From IMG/VR virus record IMGVR_UViG_3300021424_000003, positions 32,001 to 96,000 of that record: a stretch of DNA of 64,000 nt; one strand, given 5' to 3'. Made by a program: the position numbers and the translations under genes. Of the stretch, positions 33,101 through 40,000 are shown one piece after another. Source of the DNA: a virus. The notes below the pieces were generated by a model. The model ran no database searches. It saw nothing but the letters and a program-made list of their open reading frames with translations, and had not been told where the DNA came from. Positions within the stretch are counted from its first letter, which is position 1. Every line of letters begins with the position of its first letter.

Positions 33101-35368
33101 GTTATTAATGGTAAGGGGCAGCCAAGAAGCAGGATGGCTGACGGTGCAATTCCAAAAACGTTTAACCTAAGCAAACTAGACCTTATTGGGGAAACGGAAC
33201 TGTCAGAACTTGTTGACGGCCTAAATGCAATGGCTGAATCAGAGGGCTCTTCTGCTCGGTTTACGATTGACGATATATTCCCCAAGAACGATAGAGGTTA
33301 CATCGATGCATTCGGTGAATCAAAGATAAGAATGAGCAGCGGAAAACCATCTACGCAAAAGGGACAGAGATTCGTTGCCAAGCCTAAGGGGAATAGGCTA
33401 ACCAGTGCTGCAAATGACACTGCTGAAATGAGATTCTCCTCGGCGGCTAGACCAACGTACAGAACACCTGGCGGAGGAATCGACAAAGATGCAATGTCTG
33501 CAGATATTGAAGATGCGATTCGCGGTCCTCGACTTGGCGCTGTTGCAATAACTTCTGCAAATGCAGAAACGGTCGGCAGAGAGCAAGTAGATAATCTCAC
33601 TAGAGCCATAACTCTTCGTCAGCACATAGCAGACATGTTCCCAAGCGTTGTTAACGATAGAACACAGGTCTCCTACGATATAGAGCCTCTCCTGACGGAG
33701 CAAGGCATAAGTCCAAAAGATGCAGAAAAACTGACAGACCTAGTTAACGACCTAGATGAATACATCGACGGGATAGTTAAGCAGTTCGAGGACGAGGGTG
33801 ACAAGCTAGAAAGCGGTCTGCGCGAAATGACAGACATGCTCGACGAGGTATCTGAGCTACGTAAGTATCGCAAAGAGACAATCGACAAGTATGGCGAAGA
33901 TGACGCAAGAAACTTGATAGACAGACTTGACGAAAAGATAAATAAACTTACGACATCAATTGATGACAAGTATCAGGCTACCATAGGTAGCAACAGAACA
34001 AACATGGCAAAACTTCGCGATGAAGCGCTTGCCTTGGTTGACGAAAATCCAGGGTTTGACAGGCCAAAGAAGGGCGGCGACAAGCCGCGCCTATCAAGCG
34101 GCGCCAACTCCCTGTCGTCGAAGCTGATAGGCATTGAAATGGCCATGGGCCGAGCCGAAGAAGGCGGTCTACCTAAATACAAGCCGGTCAGCAAGATGGA
34201 CATGAACCTTCCAAACGGAACGCGCCTGTCTTCTGGCAAGGCTGACGAATGGTACGAGAACCTGACAGCGAAGCTTGTAGAGCAGATTGAAAAGATTCAG
34301 GCATCGGGCGGGGACAAGTGGGAATTCCCATGGCATCGAACTGGGGCCATGCCGAAGAACGCAATCAGCGGCCACGTTTTCTCTGGTATGAACCCATTTG
34401 TCCTGTTGCTTGCTGCTGATGAAAAGGGTTACTCAACACACCGCTGGGCTACATACAAGCAGTGGCAGAGCGTGGGTGGAAATGTAATGAAGAACGAAAA
34501 GGGCCAGACACTCCTGAAGCCAGTTTTCAAGAAGGTTAAGGACCCAGACACAGGTAAAGAAGAGACAAAGCTTGTCAACTGGAGCGCATATACCGTGTTC
34601 AACGTTGCCCAGGTGGAGGGAATAAATCCAGAAGATTACGACGACAAGCCCAAAGACCTTCTTGATGAGGCAGCCAGAGTGGAGAGGGCCGAAAAAGCAT
34701 TCGCCATAGTCGGTGCAGACATAGAAACCGGAGATGGCTCACGTGCTTACTACAGCCCGTCAAACGATAAGATAGTTATGCCGCCGTTTGCTTACTTCAA
34801 GACCCCAGAGGGCTACTACGCGACCCTTGGCCATGAGCTTGTTCACTGGACTGGACACTCCTCCAGACTTGATAGGCCAAACATGAACCGCTTCGGCACC
34901 CCTGCATACGCTCGGGAGGAATTGGTTGCAGAGCTTGGCTCGGCTTTCTTGATGGCCAATTTCGGCATGGCTGCAGAGCCACGAGAAGACCACGCTCACT
35001 ACCTGGCCAACTGGCTAAAGGTTTTGCGCGAGGAGCCAAAGGCCCTACAAGAAGCAGCAAGAGAGGCCCAAAAGGCGTCGAAGCTTCTCATCGAAAAGAT
35101 GAGGGAAGTGCTTGAGGGTGCCGAAGTAGCCGAAGAAACGCTTGATGATGTTGACGGGACGAAGAGCGCATGGGTCGGAATGTCTGACGACATTGGGAGA
35201 GAATCACTGCTCCAGGTTGCAGGCATTCTTCCCGCATACCTACGCATGGAGGTGGAAGCGGCCATTAAAAGCACCGCCCCAGGGGGACCCCTATCAACTA
35301 AGGTTATTAACAGAATTTCAAAAACAATTGAACTTCTAGAGACATTCTCAAAGCAAAAAGGTATTTGA
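21158..35368 (+). CDS. 4736-aa polyvalent protein: N-terminal HK97-type prohead protease plus multiple cargo domains
   Basis: Protease at about aa 1-175 (DSVGD..APGAF, WGHNW..PIG, EWSIGY, LYEVSPV..GAN). Then sigma-r4-like HTHs, KTSC, SF1 helicase, DEDDh exonuclease and ArdC plus HELVH zincin, separated by [FLM]SSG motifs. Confidence 0.9.
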   Translation: MSKSFVNPEIQYKAATQGAINLDEARGIVECFVAGIGNKDSVGDVCAPGAFAKSLLRRKPRVVWGHNWNDPIGKVLEIYEVPANDPRLPSKMRAAGIGGLYAKVQFNLMSEKGKEAFASVAFFGEEQEWSIGYKTINAKFDQQMQANVLFEVELYEVSPVLHGANQLTGTISVKSDENNATAVMERAVSSIANADSENSPELKEVLYALRNIASMISDNEKHEYGMPSVMPSANRQPIPSMPSPAPSTAPRSVVKPTRPSIPENPMVVALRRELVARTGSNIIVRSAGDNVVVFDRIMSDGSSCTYRLAYHYADGEFMFGKPEKVNAQTVYTPETPGAPGDAYWGDDYSETPKSLQSGDFWSAGFYSELTSQPDTSNALMEVIESLQHLINEKSEYVIPVEPAEAFELRQMIDPVLEYYNADARVTEEGIVVKSAHNPELIEALDVATKSVLGKIRRGIGAGRRLDAPNIGGGKGRSRAARAIGAATGGVAGNLDPSKISLNDPDGDGWAREGSRNPVWVGFKKAVEKIAGSVGRKKKPSKDKQRARSAVNADKPGPPRVRSGAPWDAPLTPAPPRPSRVTLTDDAGARLRELGKERARELGFDRNIDPVLPRPRKKLTNQVSAAPRPGEGRSRASGESIANAIRRSKSAPNPVLGQEMANDVAKFGYPEEMSTDDLVRTVGKFRGEIAKARENLEKIQADRDSGKKVSSSEIGKARQSVDSLRQRASVYSSEISKRDKIKGSDRFSSGKAITPEDRRKRRHAPLGTTGEFDLPDEVATRNKHEEFVAEFRKNNGFWLDIPREGTVASMNTSEEWQRAREIATNVGILEWQENERNRRPKGFSEKARSSMDYLTWFGGYTKRLGDYLDREESSENVTDDELAGARAAVLDALAFRMATPTGPESQNTLAAMLADAGFGPNGKHEKAFGGRKKSSVVGFSSGRGNRVDTRVLDQLMNDGKEVSDDDVKAILMPNAGILMHPEYNDRTGEVSLGWKNVLESSLEDRSFNRGSQRAMIRLDDEGYQKFTEALEAANGELTPSDGLPSSSRSVRDREYPYSWGKSRMGAFSSGRKYPPEIEDELVFDSELGGNRAADRINTENVDMEIVPSSDIGLDGPDDGAWTVVGMYRGEDYGSVDYIYELDTFDSVEEARRFIETFDRLIDEEIRPGDPDFFLDIDNYNKDNKISLDDDLDSAISKAVQSRKDRENDPYDYGSLLSSVLSDRSLNLFGDGESRFSSGRNKAERRQSVKRVMAEDMADREVNLGILSRRMKGETLDEVGRAYGIDRGTVRQMEMREMKRLRDGATPSEILAYRMTGLTLDDMGRMLGMSREEVRRIESREIARMRLGGRDGSDAIFEGRKAGLSRNSIKKLTGMSMDDIATKERKGFERAVTREDVSHQIFDKYVTRFGEDELTDAELAEELGVSERIVSEVRAGAKKDILDARRGMDEHYSSLPEPTDEELQEMADYYANDFAREQGFGSYAEYKDYVSSVGREDDGERLSSGAGKRDLTFSQKVGQRVFEEAEKIAKEDNRDIFDTLDSLVFDKRMDSTNRRKDFDVAEMYSHINSLLFPEGARESRKRRLWRRERLSSGRTGRGRKNRRQGKSNQGAWSEEDLQRFRDRNVLRAKTRPGKRKDGPSAEEFSSGRKRIDTAGSSALTGAFYDADNKRLVVGFNKGGVYAYDGVTPEDIEEMHNAESKGAAMASIKKKYKGVRLSEADDSFKATKQGDEWVVNPDNETTYSISEDGGEFFVLRTSGSYARDGGQSGDEYYHPESFKNMDSAMKWVEQDFLPSITPEPWDEDDYDVDRLSSGGPARAAAQMQFDTRRSRKATEMTYDPQDGRVGITYNDGKQRFFSEVPYEVARAAGNPSKDIDNFIDDLERGKVGKEGGRFSSGASSVPRTDFDYSYQKFPPTEEQAVIADAVATGENVIVRAFAGTGKTSTLVMIAERLKRQDPKKKIVYMAFNKDIQLEAEGKFPGNTESRTGDSISWNWVKQTMGEAFTDRMKGNPPERVKSKGTRNKDISIHFKIKQMEHPDGLKDEKTGNPIVLDAVDVTKLVREAVKEFLISEDDEIGTQHFKKIQNVPPALLGHAKAIWDDMNDPDGVMKLDNSVFTKMWALSRPQLSDGVGLFKGKPSVIFFDEAQDINPVMAKVMREQNIQVIFVGDSYQAIYGFRGASDSLEKAEATYDLPLTGSWRFDSKIAGYANRFLAYMGSKDRIRGVGKPGDGVVEPESMVDPDAILTRSNGGALRAVVEQIKNGRIVGTSENFKKDLTKFAWHAISLKADKPVKNPHPELEEFSSWQEVTDAANAEDASPRLRMLVQLFNDTPNIIEILDQVVVGGKLRGESGGGSGKRILPSEVTDGFEMSIDPSSLGKWAGDKKTSVLYKNGKLFFQLPYTAKGSSGDDSKKSWIKENLGKINRFEYGKPEETGGKFAVFVDATPEQAAKLLSGITSGDAQEVDVMVMTAHRSKGLEFGKVQLYGDFPRPRKNKNTGEMEYPAPEEQRLQYVASTRAIRELDPGPTSWIYNETSEDDESPGVPSGFSSGAKGNPMPSAIGKDMVLEDGGTYEDNMFRGTYVADFNGGKMVIQPAGRDSWAVYRADFMGGEDGPSYNFSYGPPTDESEFSSLADAYEHVLNYVKDNDITLDQMDGSRRSKGSESFSVAKIGNSGSGISERFSSGRKNADKRLKAARKFSRGGDADDDGRLSSGKRDSDEGFASGRILSRLRGREETTQKEADELYKWAAEASKKRPDDEYLSRVVGKGSEYGEGLDEKDFEYIRQQQLIDFIVDNDLHLRDPEGAGRILDIWTGESRGRIKDKDWEALSELRYRRQQREDDAFNREALKDVAESQGMPRDDQQKLAIFAWAASRFGKYPLVEDVVRGGRTNIPNSLDDREWKFLKTEWLNSDAPDPQPLNTRMTNGDMGPDRYLEQDYLAYMRESGMTGLLEKYQTRGGLTGKDWAYVKKLHDDLGPRGWRNPKSASYRGITRKERREIDKKTGRLSDWDVLTEAQRASLEKRKEKFNLTESMANALSSGRTTPNKPKQDDGRLSSGGDPTPEQIEAEDRENRADFYKNSSGLYENELAEWLDANPSKTEKDYESSPEFAERLDDMDSIMGDFADAEAERRLDDYANRMSSGGKPPRYPRPPTLGAFLGSTDDLFKNVDSWEDFRNIYNDQEIIFFDYETTGLVFDEFGRATSNGAPVQFGAVKIKNGKEIGRINLFMNPGESLGEWSRNNLKDIDGNPLTDDWLGGQISVEDAHKQLIEFAGADAIFGVQNATFDKAVLDDVLSKMKSDWRPSGYIDTRELASLVLPRWTPETEDGPFQTNKDGEKVPSSSLAAITEYLDVELGDGHHNADVDAFAASEVMRKMIDGAIENDWSRDALSKEKRDSRHAETIAKFEESVRQFESELSQYGLSSGRRQRPSDEEIYNLRMSGPTLEEVGEKYGMTRQEVRAAEMRHIRKMRDADFEATGAQTSRRERRLSSGGRPTRAGSAKQRGKVVLTSQEPGGKWTDVPENQLSRKDDFFDNETASRILDNPLENYNDQTGWPVAARDFFQSLVLQQEGRDIPVMDEDGRFTPEGRNQVKKMLFGSNEAREKFLDQIESGDVSHMQAVAAITILEKLGDDNTKLGPRGASDHMLETFGFKSAPVWVSGLDSRDPDYDLIRGEVNWTPLSEEQWLDEVKQAYVDNKNITNYVGNRRDWVTKNKGKSEKDYESSPEFIADAKRAYLENKNTIGPAEVYSHPFTHFYGMREEQKDTVKKNWLSQNPGKTDADYDKAMSWDGEGDPDKSTEAGSWGFGDPRSLGGKPSTQADGASSKRPTSARGTTKRPTSARGTTTSSLPPETTQKLFQAIKLDTILSALGIKDDVTREEQRKKLSELIGFTITEDSFKGYKRTGPRPRIILELLRRGHIKDLDSLREADRTDANLGNLVNQARDSVFIATAYGRLREAARGAGLSEDSFGARLWGRLGKEYEDHVINGKGQPRSRMADGAIPKTFNLSKLDLIGETELSELVDGLNAMAESEGSSARFTIDDIFPKNDRGYIDAFGESKIRMSSGKPSTQKGQRFVAKPKGNRLTSAANDTAEMRFSSAARPTYRTPGGGIDKDAMSADIEDAIRGPRLGAVAITSANAETVGREQVDNLTRAITLRQHIADMFPSVVNDRTQVSYDIEPLLTEQGISPKDAEKLTDLVNDLDEYIDGIVKQFEDEGDKLESGLREMTDMLDEVSELRKYRKETIDKYGEDDARNLIDRLDEKINKLTTSIDDKYQATIGSNRTNMAKLRDEALALVDENPGFDRPKKGGDKPRLSSGANSLSSKLIGIEMAMGRAEEGGLPKYKPVSKMDMNLPNGTRLSSGKADEWYENLTAKLVEQIEKIQASGGDKWEFPWHRTGAMPKNAISGHVFSGMNPFVLLLAADEKGYSTHRWATYKQWQSVGGNVMKNEKGQTLLKPVFKKVKDPDTGKEETKLVNWSAYTVFNVAQVEGINPEDYDDKPKDLLDEAARVERAEKAFAIVGADIETGDGSRAYYSPSNDKIVMPPFAYFKTPEGYYATLGHELVHWTGHSSRLDRPNMNRFGTPAYAREELVAELGSAFLMANFGMAAEPREDHAHYLANWLKVLREEPKALQEAAREAQKASKLLIEKMREVLEGAEVAEETLDDVDGTKSAWVGMSDDIGRESLLQVAGILPAYLRMEVEAAIKSTAPGGPLSTKVINRISKTIELLETFSKQKGI
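26093..26824 (+). other. KTSC-like domains (one clear, one weaker) within the giant protein
   Basis: SSALTGAFYDADNKRLVVGFNKGGVYAYDGV...AESKG; second copy ATEMTYDPQDGRVGITYNDG...FSEVP. Confidence 0.7.
26840..28783 (+). other. UvrD/SF1 helicase module within the giant protein
   Basis: PTEEQ, AFAGTGKTST, FDEAQD, VGDSYQAIYGFRGA, LTGSWRF, TAHRSKGLEF, YVASTRA. Confidence 0.92.
30575..31405 (+). other. DnaQ-like DEDDh 3'-5' exonuclease module within the giant protein
   Basis: FFDYETTG, QNATFD, YIDT, HNADVD. Confidence 0.88.
32620..32679 (+). repeat. Exact 30-bp tandem duplication (KRPTSARGTT x2)
   Basis: taagaggccgacttcagcacggggtacgac repeated twice. Confidence 0.95.
34238..35110 (+). other. ArdC-like antirestriction module (ssDNA-binding N-domain plus zincin) within the giant protein
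   Basis: W.FPW..P.N..SG..FSG.N...L, WATYKQW...GG.V.K.EKG, TVFNVAQ, AYYSP..D.I.MP, HELVHWTGH..RL.R, YAREELVAELGSAFL, HA.YL..W. Confidence 0.9.
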
Positions 35369-35455
35369 CATTAGCGGATATATGCCGCAATACATACTCG
35401 AATGATAGTTTAGAGTATAATTTTACGGCAGTGACAATATAGGAGACCGTCTTTT

Positions 35456-37033
35456 ATGGACAAAGAAATGCAGAACACTCTCAGTGTTGACGTCGACGGG
35501 AATGTACTTAAGTGCGCGAAGGGTGCCGACGTCTCTGCCTGCGGCTTCGAGGCCGACTCGAAAATATGCGGTAAATGCGGCGCTATTCCTGTTCAGGCCA
35601 AAATTGTACCAGTAGATGAAGAGATGCCAGAGGACGAGGAAGCACAAGACGAGAAAGCATCTGAAGAGGAGTTGCCCGAGAACGAGGAAGACGAAGAAAT
35701 GGACTCCGAAGAGGAAAAAATGATGGGTTCGTATAACCCTCCGTCCAAACTTCGTCGGAAACCCGCCAAGGGGATGCGTACCGACGGAGATATGTCGGAA
35801 GACGTAATGGAAGAGGAAGACGACTCTGAAGACGAGGAGTCGATGAACGAGGAAAAGTACTCCTACTACAAGAAGTACGGCTTTGATAGGTATGTAAAGA
35901 AATATGGCAAGAAGCCTTGGGCTCCCGACATGGAGGACGAGGAAGAGGACATGGAAGAGGAAATGTCCAAGAAAGAAATGAACGAAGAGGACATGTCGGA
36001 GGATGACATGGACGAAGATGCCATGGACGACGAAGAGGACATGCAGTACGACGAAGATGAAGAGGAAGACGAAGACGAAGACGAAGACGAAGAGGATATG
36101 AAAGGCGCTATGGACCGTGCGTATAAGCGCCGCCTACAGACAATGGGCATCAAATCAGCCGATATTGGCTCCTCCGGATATCTTTGCGCTCTTGACAGAA
36201 AGGCATATGCGGGACATATTCCCGTGTGTGACAACTGTGAGGGCGGTTGCGCTTCAGAAAAAGGTATGCCTGGTCTTATTCACGCCGAGGGAATGGCCGA
36301 AGAGATTATTGACGGCGTAACCGTGGCTTCTGGCTATTCAGTTCTTAACGATTTATTTGTCGTTGATGTTCAAAAGAAGTCGGGCAAGACATACGAGGTT
36401 TTCTACGAGGCTTCGACCGGGGAGCTACTGGGCTTCCATAAACTTGAGGACACCCTTAGTATCAAGTCAGCACTTGATGACCTGAGAGTAATTACTATGT
36501 TTGAGGCTGCTGATATTGCCGTAAAGGCGATTGACGGTCACGTAATTGCGGTTGAGGGAGATTCATTCGAGGGAATAGATGCGTTTGCAGTAGAGGTTGA
36601 CGGCTTTGATGGCAAATCATATGACGTTTTCGTTTCACTGGACGGCGAATTGCTTGGATATGACAAGTACGAGATGGATGAGGCTGAGGAAATTGAAGCA
36701 GAGGCTGCCGAAATTGCTTTGAAGCGCGCATTTAGCGATGATAAGAGACAGGCGATGGCCAAAGAGGGCACGGCAATGCCGGATGGTTCCTACCCAATAG
36801 CGGGTGAGGAAGACCTCAAGAATGCAATCCAGGCGTTTGGTCGAGCCAAAGATAAAGAAGCAACCAAGCGCCACATCATGAAGAGAGCTAAGGAAATGGG
36901 CAAAGAAAGCCTGATTCCTACAAACTGGGTGATGGGCGGAGACTCTGAGAAGAAGTCCTCTGAAGTTGACGCAGAGCTAATGGCATCGCTAATTGAGTTC
37001 GAGCTTCTTCAGGCCGAAACAGAAATCAACTAA
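35456..37033 (+). CDS. Acidic head-region protein with Cys clusters, PepSY-like repeat(s) and a PDGSYPI domain (possible scaffold)
   Basis: CGKCG and CDNCEGGC clusters; long D/E/M tract; ITMFEAADIAVKAIDGHVIAVE...YDVFVSLDGELL is PepSY-like; C-terminal AMPDGSYPI...LKNAIQAFGR. Confidence 0.6.
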   Translation: MDKEMQNTLSVDVDGNVLKCAKGADVSACGFEADSKICGKCGAIPVQAKIVPVDEEMPEDEEAQDEKASEEELPENEEDEEMDSEEEKMMGSYNPPSKLRRKPAKGMRTDGDMSEDVMEEEDDSEDEESMNEEKYSYYKKYGFDRYVKKYGKKPWAPDMEDEEEDMEEEMSKKEMNEEDMSEDDMDEDAMDDEEDMQYDEDEEEDEDEDEDEEDMKGAMDRAYKRRLQTMGIKSADIGSSGYLCALDRKAYAGHIPVCDNCEGGCASEKGMPGLIHAEGMAEEIIDGVTVASGYSVLNDLFVVDVQKKSGKTYEVFYEASTGELLGFHKLEDTLSIKSALDDLRVITMFEAADIAVKAIDGHVIAVEGDSFEGIDAFAVEVDGFDGKSYDVFVSLDGELLGYDKYEMDEAEEIEAEAAEIALKRAFSDDKRQAMAKEGTAMPDGSYPIAGEEDLKNAIQAFGRAKDKEATKRHIMKRAKEMGKESLIPTNWVMGGDSEKKSSEVDAELMASLIEFELLQAETEIN

Positions 37034-37049
37034 AGAAAGCGGACCCCAA

Positions 37050-40000
37050 ATGGCGGGTACGTTTACGCACAAGACGAGAACACTTGTTTCTCCACGTTTT
37101 GTATCTCCACTTGCAGGAAGAAAAAACTTTATAGAGTCTGCTCAATCGTTCAGACTCTCGATTGGTGCCTCTTCAAAAACACTCACTCTTGACCCGGACT
37201 ATGCAGTCAAGGCTGCTATGGCTGGTGGTATGGCCCTGCCCGGCCAAACTGACGATAAGAAGCGGGAGAATAAGGGGGGGCCGCCGGGAATGAAGCATGA
37301 GGTCGACGGTTACAGGTTGATGCCTAACGAAACTGCTGGCCCGGGAAAAGTTCTTCGTTTATTTCCATCATTTGAATCAAGGAATTCAGCGAAGATGGAG
37401 CCCAACTTCGGCTTTCTGCCAAAATCTAAACCAGTTTCCGTGGAGGAAATGAAGCGAAAGCTTGCAGAATCTCCGCTTATTCGCATGGAGAAGTATCAAA
37501 TAAATCCAAGAAACGGAGAAAAAATAGAGGGTTCAGAGAAACTGATGGACCCACTGTACTTCAATAGGGAACTAGATAGAGACAGAAATCCAGACCTCGA
37601 TGGCATCGAAGGTAAAAGTCTTGGTGACTCGATAGGCAAAATCGCTCGCGGGAATAGCCTCATTGGCAGAGTTGCGCAGGGTATAGGTGTGGTCTTTGAC
37701 GAATTAGGTAAAATGAGATGTCCTCCGGGCACTCCAGCCGCTAACCAATTTACTGACGCAAACGGTTCTAACTGCTTCGGCGTGAGCCTCCCGAAGCTTG
37801 TTGGCAAACTTGTTGAACTAGCTAGGGAAGCCGCGCCAGAGGGTGAAGAAAGAAGAAGCGCAAAAAGTCTCCAAAAGAGAATTGCCAATTTTATATTTGA
37901 CTTCGATAACAGCAGATTCGGCAGAGTTTCGTGGTATGACGAAAACGGCAAGCGAATGGGTTTCGGCGAGTACAGAAAGTACCGCGACAAGGGCGGGGTT
38001 GCAGAGGGCGAGCGCTGGTTCGTCAATGCAATGGTTCGAGCCGAGGAGGAGTTTAGACGTCAAGGCGAAAGAGTAAGGGAGCTCCAGGAAAGGCTAGGAA
38101 TAGATTCCTCTGATGCCAAAAGAGCAACAAACGCAGACCTCGTAGAGACAATCGACAAACTCCGAGAAAATGGGGTCATTAATACAAGACTAAAAAACAG
38201 AGATACTCCCGACATTGTCGAGGCAAGAATCAGGGCTCGACTGGAAGCTGACCCAACATACAAGTCCTTGTCAAGAGAGGATAAAGAGATTCTTGTTAAG
38301 GGTGACATAGCTAGGTATTACGAGACAGAAAGAGCCTCACTCGAGGCGTTCATAGACGAGGTAATCAAAAACCCGGAGCACATAAAGGACGTAATTGACT
38401 CCATCAGTTATGTCAATGGTAGAGATGAGGACGACGGAGCTTTCTCTATAGGAGGAATAGTTGGCGGAGAAAAGCTTTTAGGGAACATAGACCTAGATAT
38501 AACCCACATGATGGGCAGACAAGAAAGCGAAATGCCCAATCTTAAAACGAATGAGCGCTTAAGAATATATGCAGAAGGTGGAAAAACTGAAGCAGAGAGA
38601 GTTGCACATCTGCACGACTTTTTAGTTAACTCAAATGCTTTTGCCACCAATATGGCATGCATGGTTGAGGGGCCTTCTGGCATAGGTCGCCATACGATGA
38701 AGCACGAAATAGCGCACTCAATACAAGCCAAAGCACTTCACGAATACGTTAAGAACATGCTTGCTACTGGTGGAAGCATCAAGATTGGAAGAAGGGAAAT
38801 AACCGACCCGTCAAAGCTCACGGCCGGAGATATACTCAAAATAATGCGGGGGGAGACAAGCGTTCCTCTCGACGCAATTAAGGGCCTCCAGACCAGGGGT
38901 GAAGCAGTCTCCTTCCTGGCTGGAAGATATATATGGGAAGCAAACCCAGAAGGCACGTCAAGCCGCTCGATGGAGATAGGCGCGGAGCTATGGGCTCTCA
39001 GAAGCCTTGGTCTTATTTTTGGAGATGACGTAGACGCCGCACTTGAGTACATGGACGACTTCGCCTATGGAAAAACTTTCTCAGATAGGGCCGCATCTGA
39101 CGCTGATGCCATTAGAGCGGTGGCTGATTCCTATTATGACGCCGGTAGCAGAATAGCTAGAGATAGGGCTGAAAGAGTAAAAGAGCGCTATATAGAGGCC
39201 AAGAATGACGAGATAAAGCGTCTAAAAGAGCGTGCAAAAACGATGTCAGAAGACGACATTATCGACATGCTTCTCACTCTGAACGAAGACCTCAATGTGA
39301 TGGATGAGGCGCTTGAAGGGTCTGACGAGACTGCAGACTCACTGTGGCGCGAGGTAGCGGATAGAGACGCCGCAATAAGAATGATTCACGAACTGACAAA
39401 GGCTTGGGCCAAGAGGTTTACCGTCTTGCCATCACGTGAGGCAATGGAAAGGCTCGAAGAGCTTCTTGCCGACAAGATGGCAGATAGGGGAACTCTTCCT
39501 CCTGACAAGGTTAAAGAGCGCGCAGAGGCAGTTTTCATGGAGACCATCAGGACCGATGCCTCGTCTATGTCCATGGACGACCTGGTCAATGCATTCGTAG
39601 ACGCTGAGCTTTCTAGGAAAGCGGAAGGCTTGTCTACCGAAGAGCGCGATGTCCTAAAGAAAATGGCAGGAATATATAGGGACGAGTACATAAAGAGAAG
39701 AACATCCGGAGTTGACTCAGTTGACAGAGAGGATGCTGTAAAAGAGCTAAAGGGAAAACTCAAGGAAAAATCAAAGCCAGAAACTATCGGTGGAGATGAA
39801 AGTGGTGGTTTTTCCGGAACAGGGCCAAAGAAGAAAAAGCCAGCAAAGAAATTTGACTCCCATAATGGGAAAAATGGTGCGCGCACTCATGCAATAAGCG
39901 AAAGAGAAAAACTTCTCGAGCAGGCAACTGCCGCCGAAAGGGATGCTCTCGTTGAGATGGGCGACGCTGAAAACGACACCGGGAAACTCCTAGACCCAGA

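Noticed and set aside
23390-34237. SSG motifs as DNA-level repeats or recombination sites (integron- or CRISPR-like)
   Set aside because: Nucleotide sequences vary synonymously (TCN and AGY), spacing is irregular (tens of bp to about 2 kb) and the frame is continuous, so selection is on the peptide.
35930-36100. GAAGAC/GAGGAC short repeats
   Set aside because: Simply encode the Asp/Glu tract of the 525-aa protein.
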